A DNA stretch of 64,000 nucleotides from a virus (Duplodnaviria; Caudoviricetes): positions 3,839 through 67,838 of IMG/VR virus record IMGVR_UViG_3300032244_000667, one strand, 5' to 3'. Numbering within the stretch: the first letter of the stretch is position 1; each line of letters starts with the position of its first letter. Both the position numbers and the translations under genes were made by a program. Positions 57,540 to 64,000 of this stretch are shown piece by piece. A model generated the notes under the pieces. The model saw nothing but the letters and a program-made list of their open reading frames with translations. It was not told where the DNA came from and did not search any database.

Positions 57540-58442
57540 ATGAATACAGTTGTTTACCAGTGGTTGAGAAAAGAAGGAACCCCATACTATATTGGAATTG
57601 GTAATCCCAGGAGGCCTTACAGAGGCAGAAGACTCTGTGGTTGCCCTCCTCCGAGGGATAGGATCGTTATCCTGCATGAGCATCTTGAGTGGGAGGAAGC
57701 TTGTAGAATTGAAAAAGAACTTATTGCTTTTTACGGAAGGAGGGACCTCGGGACAGGTATCTTACGTAACCTGACTGATGGAGGAGAAGGTATTGTTAAC
57801 CTTTCTGAAAAGTCCAAGGGAAAAATATCCAAAGCTAACTCAGGAAAGAATCACCCTTTCTTTGGTAAAGAACGTCCTGAGGAAACTAAAAAGAAGATAT
57901 CAGAAGCAAACTTGGGTAAAAAACGTACTGAAGAGGCCAAAAAGAAAATGTCAGAAGCTCAATCCGGCAAAAAACTTTCAGAAGAGACAAAATTAAAATT
58001 ATCAAAAGCTAGTCTTGGCAGAAAACATACAAAAGAGGCTATAGCAAAATTTTCCGGAAAAAATCACCCGATGTATGGCAAGAAACATACAAAGGAGTCG
58101 AAGGAAAAAATGTCTAAAGCTAATTCTGGAGAGAATAATTCCAGGTTCGGTAAAAATCATTCAGAGGAGACTAAAAAGAAGATATCGGATATGCACAAAG
58201 GTAAAAAATTATCGGAAGAGACTAAGAAAAAGCTATCAGAAGCCGGGATAGGAGAAAAAAGCCATAATCGTATCCCAAGAGACTGGTGGCACCCGGTTCA
58301 CGGAACGGTTTTACAAAAATCAGCGTCTGAGTTGGCAAGATTATTTCCAGAGCAAAAGCTCAATAGGGGCCATTTGGCAGAAGTTGCTAGAGGGGGAGGA
58401 AAAAGGTTTCAACACAAAGGCTGGATATCGTTGAAAGCTTAG
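57540..58442 (+). CDS. GIY-YIG-like homing endonuclease with NUMOD3 repeats
   Basis: VVYQW..TPYYIGIG..R..EEACRIEKELI..LRNLTDGGEG; many HSEETKKKIS repeats; AT-rich. Confidence 0.85.
   Translation: MNTVVYQWLRKEGTPYYIGIGNPRRPYRGRRLCGCPPPRDRIVILHEHLEWEEACRIEKELIAFYGRRDLGTGILRNLTDGGEGIVNLSEKSKGKISKANSGKNHPFFGKERPEETKKKISEANLGKKRTEEAKKKMSEAQSGKKLSEETKLKLSKASLGRKHTKEAIAKFSGKNHPMYGKKHTKESKEKMSKANSGENNSRFGKNHSEETKKKISDMHKGKKLSEETKKKLSEAGIGEKSHNRIPRDWWHPVHGTVLQKSASELARLFPEQKLNRGHLAEVARGGGKRFQHKGWISLKA
58430..58438 (+). promoter_or_regulatory. Putative late promoter element GTTGAAAGC (inside the endonuclease 3' end)
   Basis: Exact motif 31 nt upstream of ATG 58461. Confidence 0.8.
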
Positions 58443-58460
58443 TATACAGGATTGACCGAC

Positions 58461-59177
58461 ATGCCTCTCAAAGAAGGTACCTCCGAGGAGGTCATTTCAC
58501 ACAACATATCGAAACTGATGGGGGAAGGGACTCCGCAAAAACAGGCCATCGCCATGGCCCTACGCAGTGCAGGCAAATCCAAGTATGATGGATCAGAAGG
58601 CAAGGACCACGATGATGATGGAAATATCGACTCGGATGACTGGATGATGGCCCGGGACAAAGCCATTAAAAAAGCGATGTTGGGAGACGACGAGGACAAA
58701 AAAGGCTCGTATTGTGAGGAGGAAGACGATGGCGAGGGACAAATGGCACAGGGGGACCTCAGGTCGGCCGCCCGCAACGCTCTGCTGATCGACTCGTTGA
58801 TCACCGAGGACAGTGAAATTCCGGAATGGGTGTCGAATAAACTCGCGATTGCCTCGGATTATTTCAATTCCGTCGCCCAGTACATGCAACATACAGGAGA
58901 AGATCGCGATGTGATGTTTGCTGAGGAGATGCAGGGACCGGACCCGTGTTGGAAGGGTTATGAGATGGTCGGTCAGAAAAAGAAGAACGGTAAAGATGTT
59001 CCGAATTGTGTCAAGAAAACGTCCGATTCGGCTGAGTGCGACAAGTCCGAGTACAGTGAGATCCGTGTACCGACCGGCTGGAATGTCTCCCAGTCCGGCG
59101 GAGTAATCGGTCCGGCTATCACTCGTGCCCAGCACCTGTCCGGTAACCAGGACATGCAGGCCCAGACCGATGAATGA
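58461..59177 (+). CDS. Modular head/internal virion protein
   Basis: Short modules seen in cyanophage head proteins: PLKEG..ISHNI..QKQAIAMAL; DHDDDG..ARDKAIKKAM; EGQMA..IPEWVSNKL..DY; PCWKGYEMVG.KKKNGKDVPNCV. Confidence 0.65.
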   Translation: MPLKEGTSEEVISHNISKLMGEGTPQKQAIAMALRSAGKSKYDGSEGKDHDDDGNIDSDDWMMARDKAIKKAMLGDDEDKKGSYCEEEDDGEGQMAQGDLRSAARNALLIDSLITEDSEIPEWVSNKLAIASDYFNSVAQYMQHTGEDRDVMFAEEMQGPDPCWKGYEMVGQKKKNGKDVPNCVKKTSDSAECDKSEYSEIRVPTGWNVSQSGGVIGPAITRAQHLSGNQDMQAQTDE

Positions 59178-59463
59178 CGGGCCCGTTATTCCAGACGGGT
59201 GGTCGGTAGATCCCGAGTACGCCGAGAAAAAATACAGCAAGACCGTTACTGATCCGGACACTGGCCGCGAGCGAAAGGTGCGGTACGGGGCGAAGGGGTA
59301 CACCATCGCGCCCGGCACCAGCCGAGGCGATAGCTACTGTGCTCGGTCGGAAGGACAACGCGAGGATTACGGATACAACTGTAGCGGCTCCGATCGCAAC
59401 ACCCCATTGTGTCTTAGCCGCTCGAAATGGCGGTGTTCAGGGACCAATTCCCGTAAAGCATAA
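59170..59463 (+). CDS. Small Cys-rich virion protein with N-terminal IPDGW tag
   Basis: MNDGPVIPDGWSVDPEYAE then KVRYG..SYCARS..C..C..WRC module; ATG overlaps the upstream stop. Confidence 0.65.
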   Translation: MNDGPVIPDGWSVDPEYAEKKYSKTVTDPDTGRERKVRYGAKGYTIAPGTSRGDSYCARSEGQREDYGYNCSGSDRNTPLCLSRSKWRCSGTNSRKA

Positions 59464-59468
59464 TTCCG

Positions 59469-59477
59469 TGCTATACT
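59469..59477 (+). promoter_or_regulatory. Putative extended -10 promoter TGCTATACT
   Basis: In the short gap before 59489. Confidence 0.5.
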
Positions 59478-59488
59478 AACCAAGAAGG

Positions 59489-59854
59489 ATGATTTTCCCC
59501 ATGCTAACCACCACCCTCTATCTGTTTATCTTCTCAAGTTGGGGGTTGGGGTTGCTAGCTGCCCTGACCGCATTGTCGATGAGGTTACAGGAACACGCAG
59601 TCAAGCTCCGTGCCATGTCACTCGAAGTTGAATCTGGGACACTTGAGTTGTCCGGCAAGCAAGCATTTATCAACCGGATAGCCGGTAGCCGGACTTCGCG
59701 CCCGATCCCCGACGAGCTCAAGAAACTCATGGAGAACAGCCCTGAGCATCCCGAGGTGAACGAGATCGACGAAGACGACGAGGTGTACGGGGTTGTGTTC
59801 AAATCTCATTCCTATCCCCCATCAATGGAGCCCGAAGACGATGACGACGAGTAG
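59489..59854 (+). CDS. Single-pass membrane protein upstream of endolysin (possible lysis accessory)
   Basis: N-terminal hydrophobic helix, coiled segment, acidic tail; overlaps the endolysin start. Confidence 0.5.
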   Translation: MIFPMLTTTLYLFIFSSWGLGLLAALTALSMRLQEHAVKLRAMSLEVESGTLELSGKQAFINRIAGSRTSRPIPDELKKLMENSPEHPEVNEIDEDDEVYGVVFKSHSYPPSMEPEDDDDE

Positions 59855-61139
59855 AAACAACAACGACATCCCCCGGTGCGGTGTCGAGCTAATTAAAAGG
59901 TTCGAAAGCTGTGAGCTGAAGGCGTATCCCGATCCGAAGACTGGGGGTGCGCCGTGGACTATTGGGTGGGGGAACACCCGGTGGATGGATGGCAGCCCGG
60001 TCAAGCCGGGCCAGACCCTGACCGCCGCCGAAGCCGACACCTTGCTGGACGACTCCCTGAGGAAGTTTTTCTGGCCACAGATCCGGCTCATACCACACTT
60101 CGCGGACATGTCAGACGAGCAGCGCGGCGCGTTGCTGTCATTCTCATTCAATCTGGGCGAGCGGTTTTACGGATCCGAGGGGTTCACCACCATCAGCCGG
60201 CTCCTCCGAAACAAGGACTGGGACAAGGTTCCCGAAGCGCTGGTTCTGTACCGGAACCCCGGCTCAGAGGTTGAGGCTGGCCTGAAACGGCGCAGGGTGG
60301 CGGAAGGAGCCCTGTGGTCCCGGGGCCTACAGAAATTCAAATCGGCAAAACGCATCATCACCGCCAAGCAAGACACCTTACTGAAGAAGGAGCCGCTGCA
60401 GGCATTCGAGTTGTCCGAGAAGGCCAAAATCAGTGTGGAGCGGGGTCGTTCATACACCATTGTCGACAGTCTCGATGAGGGAAGCCATACCCGTGTCACC
60501 CTAGACCACAGCGCGGGGGTATGGTACGTATACACGCCACATTGGGACATTGCCGTACCGGGTCAGCCGGTAACCCCACCCACCAATGACCAGATCCTGC
60601 TCAATGTACCATACTACACCCAACTCGATTCGGTAACGGCACACGACGAGCGCATGTGCTTTTCGTCGTCATGCGCTATGGCTGCCGAGTATCTTAAACC
60701 AGGCTGTCTAGGCGGTGGGCGCAATGCCGACGATGTGTACTTGCGGTTAGTGCTGAAGCACGGCGACACCACTAACCCGATCGCTCAAGTCCGCGCCCTA
60801 GCCGATCTAGGTATCACAGCGATATATCGGCAGAACCTTGGGCGTCAAGACATCATCGATCAGCTCCGTAAGGGCATTCCGGTACCAGGCGGGTACCTTC
60901 ACAAAGGACCGGTAGGCCGCCCTACTGGCGGAGGCCATTGGTGTACCATTGTCGGTATCGATCTGGAGAAGTCGCAGTACATTGTCAATGACCCATGGGG
61001 TGAGGGTGACATGGTGTACGGGGGATTCGAAGGTAGCCAGAATGGTTCCAGGGTCCGCTATTCGTTCAGGAATTTTGAAAAACGCTGGATGGTAGAGGGG
61101 CCGAAGACCGGTTGGGGGCTCATTCTAGCCAAGCCGTAG
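59841..61139 (+). CDS. Endolysin: GH24 lysozyme + C39-like peptidase
   Basis: FESCELKAYPDPKTGGAPWTIGWG (E-D-T triad), GLKRRRVAEGALW; LNVPYYTQ..CFSSSCAM..GHW..VNDPWG. Confidence 0.88.
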   Translation: MTTSRNNNDIPRCGVELIKRFESCELKAYPDPKTGGAPWTIGWGNTRWMDGSPVKPGQTLTAAEADTLLDDSLRKFFWPQIRLIPHFADMSDEQRGALLSFSFNLGERFYGSEGFTTISRLLRNKDWDKVPEALVLYRNPGSEVEAGLKRRRVAEGALWSRGLQKFKSAKRIITAKQDTLLKKEPLQAFELSEKAKISVERGRSYTIVDSLDEGSHTRVTLDHSAGVWYVYTPHWDIAVPGQPVTPPTNDQILLNVPYYTQLDSVTAHDERMCFSSSCAMAAEYLKPGCLGGGRNADDVYLRLVLKHGDTTNPIAQVRALADLGITAIYRQNLGRQDIIDQLRKGIPVPGGYLHKGPVGRPTGGGHWCTIVGIDLEKSQYIVNDPWGEGDMVYGGFEGSQNGSRVRYSFRNFEKRWMVEGPKTGWGLILAKP

Positions 61140-61237
61140 TATCCGTACCGGGGAATTTCGGTTCCCCGAACCCCAATCCGGGGTGGTTTCGTGTAAAGTC
61201 ATGTAGTAGGTTTGTACCTTATCCTACACATACCATC

Positions 61238-61633
61238 ATGCTAACCACCCTCTCCCGCATTCTGTCCGAAGAATCACTTCTCCGCCCCGCCCTATTCTCC
61301 ACTATCCCAGTCTCCAAGGGCTCCTCACCAATCCGTTACAACGTCCGGGTAGACGAGGCCGACAGCAGCGCAGTGTACGAAGTTGCGCTGCCGGGATACG
61401 GTAAGTCGGATGTCGAGGTCCGGTATTCAGCCAACCGGCTGACGGTCTCTAGCGATAAGTCGGACCGGGATGAGTCCGGGTACGTGGTCCAGACATTTTC
61501 CAAACGTCCTTTCTCCCTCTCCTGGTCTGTTTCAGACGCGAAGGTGTCATCTGCCGCCATCACTGACGGGGTGCTGCGGGTGGTTATGTTACGAAATGTT
61601 AACGAACCCTCCGATCTCATCCCAGTCACCTAA
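61238..61633 (+). CDS. Small heat-shock protein (Hsp20/alpha-crystallin)
   Basis: EVALPGYGKSDVEV..LTVSS..FSLSW..AAITDGVLRV. Confidence 0.85.
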   Translation: MLTTLSRILSEESLLRPALFSTIPVSKGSSPIRYNVRVDEADSSAVYEVALPGYGKSDVEVRYSANRLTVSSDKSDRDESGYVVQTFSKRPFSLSWSVSDAKVSSAAITDGVLRVVMLRNVNEPSDLIPVT

Positions 61634-61638
61634 CCCCA

Positions 61639-61649
61639 TGTGCTAGGCT
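61639..61649 (+). promoter_or_regulatory. Putative extended -10 promoter TGTGCTAGGCT
   Basis: Intergenic before ATG 61672. Confidence 0.5.
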
Positions 61650-61671
61650 TCTCGCAGGTACACAACCAACC

Positions 61672-62676
61672 ATGCTCACGATCAACCTGTCTGAAGCCAG
61701 CAAGCACCTTAACGCCATCATTCGCGGAGGAATAAAGACCTCCGTGATGATGTGGGGGGCTCCGGGTATCGGCAAAAGCTCCATCGTTAATGCGGTGGCT
61801 AAGGAAAACGACATGCAAGTGATCGATGTCCGACTTAGTCAGCTTGCCCCCACTGACCTCCGGGGCCTCCCATATGTCGAGAACGGGTCGGCACATTTCG
61901 CCCCTCCCAGCTTCCTCCCACAATCCGGACGTGGCATCCTGTTTCTGGACGAAATCAACCTGGCCCCACCAGCAGTCCAGAATGTCGGTATGCAGCTTGT
62001 GCTTGACCGACGAGTCGGCGACTACGTCCTACCAGACGACTGGTTCGTGATTGCTGCTGGTAACCGCGTTGAGGACCGGGCTGCCGTATCCCAAATGCCT
62101 GCTCCTCTGGCTAACCGCTTCATCCACTTCACGATCGAATCCGATCTGACATCGTGGAAGGAGTACGCGTTGACAACCGGAGTCAAGGAAGAGATCATCT
62201 CGTTCCTGAACTTCCGACCCACCCTTCTCCACTCGTTCAATAAGAACGCAATCGCCTGGCCAAGTCCTCGTTCCTGGGACTTTGCCTCCGACCTGATGAA
62301 GATCGGCATGCCGGTCGATTGCGCTGTTGGTGAGGGTGCAGCCGCTGAGTTCAAGAGCTTCGTGAAGCTGTACAGCAAACTGCCAGATGTAGAGAAGGTG
62401 TTGGCTGGCGACAAGTCAGTCAAGATGCCTAAGGAGCCCTCCATCTTGTTTGCGATCACGGGTGCGTTGGTGGGTCGCTCTGAGACCGCTGACAACTTCT
62501 TCAACGGGATGATGTGGCTGGTTGATGCCGCCACTGAGGACTACGTTGGGGTGTATATGTCCGATGCTCTGGTCCGGATGAAGAACATGGGAGTACAGGG
62601 AGCCTTCATCGCCAAGGTGACCAAGAGCCCCGAGGCCAAGAAATTTGTGGCCAAGTACCAGGAGCTTCTGCGGTAA
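61672..62676 (+). CDS. MoxR-family AAA+ ATPase
   Basis: GAPGIGKS, ILFLDEIN, AAGNR, LANRF. Confidence 0.9.
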   Translation: MLTINLSEASKHLNAIIRGGIKTSVMMWGAPGIGKSSIVNAVAKENDMQVIDVRLSQLAPTDLRGLPYVENGSAHFAPPSFLPQSGRGILFLDEINLAPPAVQNVGMQLVLDRRVGDYVLPDDWFVIAAGNRVEDRAAVSQMPAPLANRFIHFTIESDLTSWKEYALTTGVKEEIISFLNFRPTLLHSFNKNAIAWPSPRSWDFASDLMKIGMPVDCAVGEGAAAEFKSFVKLYSKLPDVEKVLAGDKSVKMPKEPSILFAITGALVGRSETADNFFNGMMWLVDAATEDYVGVYMSDALVRMKNMGVQGAFIAKVTKSPEAKKFVAKYQELLR

Positions 62677-62701
62677 ACGCAGATTGTTACGAAAAGTCAA
62701 C

Positions 62702-62726
62702 AAGAGGGCTTCGGCCCTCTTTTTTA
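62702..62726 (+). terminator. Intrinsic terminator with UUCG tetraloop
   Basis: AAGAGGGC-TTCG-GCCCTCTT followed by a T run. Confidence 0.85.
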
Positions 62727-62736
62727 TTTGCCTACC

Positions 62737-62747
62737 TGTGCTACGCT
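62737..62747 (+). promoter_or_regulatory. Putative extended -10 promoter TGTGCTACGCT
   Basis: Between the terminator and ATG 62769. Confidence 0.5.
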
Positions 62748-62768
62748 GTACCCAACCAACAGACTCCA

Positions 62769-63962
62769 ATGGCAACCTCACTCAAAGAGCGCATGACCAA
62801 GACCCGGGTCAAGCTGCTGAAAAAATCTCCGTTCTTCGGGACCCTGCTTCTCAATGCGCCGTGGCGTGAGGATGAGTCCATACCGACGGCAGCTACCGAC
62901 GGCAAAGGCCTCATGTTCAACCCCAAGTTCATGGAGACTTTGAACGAGAAGCAGATGACCGGTGTCGTTCTACACGAGCTGGGCCACGTGTTTCTCCAGC
63001 ACGTCCCACGCATGCGCGATATTTTCCGTCACGATCCAGTCCTGGCTAACATCGCCGCCGACATTGTTGTCAACGGCATCATCGACGACAACAACCTAGA
63101 GCTACCTGATGGAGCCGTAAGAGACGACTCCCTAAAGCATCTCAGCGTACGCGAGGTATACAGCGTCCTGAAGCAAAAACAATCCCAAGATCCCAACTTC
63201 CTCAAGAATAAATTTGGTGTCAATCAAGTCAATGTGTGCTTGGTTGAGGGGGACGGGAAAGAAGATGGTGACAGCGATGGGGGTACTTTCGTGGACCAGG
63301 ATGGAAACAAGGTAGACGCCCCGGACTGGAAGGACATAGTGAACAAGGCAGCTACTATCGCCCGGATGAAGAAGGCCGGTCCGGTCGGAGCTGCGATGGA
63401 TCGATTGTTCAAGGAGCTGCTCGACCCGACTATCGACTGGCGCACCCTGCTGTACAAGTATGTCACGGAGTGCCGGAACGACTTTGAGGGGTACGACCGC
63501 CGATTCGCCTACCGGAACCTGTACCTTGACGACTTCAGTGGTACTACTGTCCACGTCCTTGTGTACATCGACGTCAGCGGCAGTATCGACGACAAGATCC
63601 TCACAGAGTTCATGTCAGAACTCAACGGTGCTGTGTCAGCCGTATCTTCCATTGACGGCTCCGTTTATTGCTTCGATACCCGCCTCCATCCCGTTTGCGA
63701 CATCGCTGACATCTCCACATCCTTCAAACTGGTCGGCGGCGGCGGCACCTCATTCGAGCCCATCATCTCCCACATCGCGGAGTACCGCGAAACCCATCAG
63801 GAGACCCCTGCCAGCTCCATCCTCCCTATCATCCTCACAGACGGCTACGCCGGCCTCTCCTTGGACTACGACACGTCCAACCCCCTCCTCTGGGTCGTCT
63901 CCCCCGGCGGCATCCGATCGGAAGATTTCCCGTATGGGGATGTCGCCCGGATCGAGAGCTGA
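62769..63962 (+). CDS. HExxH metallopeptidase-like + VWA domain protein (DUF2201-like), MoxR partner
   Basis: TAATDG, VLHELGH, YIDVSGSI MIDAS, GGGGTSF, ILTDGY. Confidence 0.88.
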   Translation: MATSLKERMTKTRVKLLKKSPFFGTLLLNAPWREDESIPTAATDGKGLMFNPKFMETLNEKQMTGVVLHELGHVFLQHVPRMRDIFRHDPVLANIAADIVVNGIIDDNNLELPDGAVRDDSLKHLSVREVYSVLKQKQSQDPNFLKNKFGVNQVNVCLVEGDGKEDGDSDGGTFVDQDGNKVDAPDWKDIVNKAATIARMKKAGPVGAAMDRLFKELLDPTIDWRTLLYKYVTECRNDFEGYDRRFAYRNLYLDDFSGTTVHVLVYIDVSGSIDDKILTEFMSELNGAVSAVSSIDGSVYCFDTRLHPVCDIADISTSFKLVGGGGTSFEPIISHIAEYRETHQETPASSILPIILTDGYAGLSLDYDTSNPLLWVVSPGGIRSEDFPYGDVARIES

Positions 63963-64000
63963 GGGCATCCTGGCGGGTCGATAGACCGACCGGGCGATGC

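Noticed and set aside
3231-58438. GTTGAAAG as a CRISPR repeat end
   Set aside because: It resembles the 3' end of some CRISPR repeats, but copies are isolated, only 9 bp conserved, not regularly spaced and tied to start codons; no array or cas gene was seen.
13530-62771. Eukaryotic virus suggested by Kozak-like starts
   Set aside because: Sigma factor, endolysin, PhoH, contractile tail genes, overlapping operons and intrinsic terminators are all bacteriophage features.
1-64000. Alternative genetic code or stop-codon reassignment
   Set aside because: Long intact ORFs under the standard code; TAG, TAA and TGA all end genes at sensible boundaries.

Overview
A densely coding 64 kb segment of a large dsDNA myophage (contractile tail), standard genetic code, most likely infecting a cyanobacterium. 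Host evidence: a Mo-nitrogenase C-terminal-like domain, cyanophage-type tail-fibre and head modules, PhoH, Hsp20 and mostly non-Shine-Dalgarno starts. It encodes very large tail-fibre/virion proteins, a P2/Mu/eCIS-type baseplate set (gpX/LysM, gpJ, gpI, gp5-like spike, gp25, hub-lysin, tape measure), terminase large subunit, a phage sigma factor, nucleotide metabolism (class Ia RNR with an intein and a fused glutaredoxin, dUTPase, dNMP kinase, thioredoxin), replication genes (SSB-like, 5'-3' exonuclease, SF3 helicase, primase), several homing-type nucleases, an endolysin, Hsp20 and a MoxR/VWA pair. I did not recognise capsid, portal, sheath or tube genes in the window. Two patterns are not explained by gene annotation. 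(1) A 9-bp element GTTGAAAGC(nnnRYAK) occurs 14 times, always 14-53 nt upstream of a start codon, mostly of virion genes. This is a probable single-element late promoter for the phage sigma factor, whose region 4 looks degenerate. (2) A short peptide tag [IV]-P-x-G-W-x-V, often next to a [FY]-x-E site, recurs at the termini of five unrelated small proteins, including an HNH nuclease. This is a candidate capsid-targeting/cleavage signal. All family calls are from motif recognition by eye; no database searches were run.
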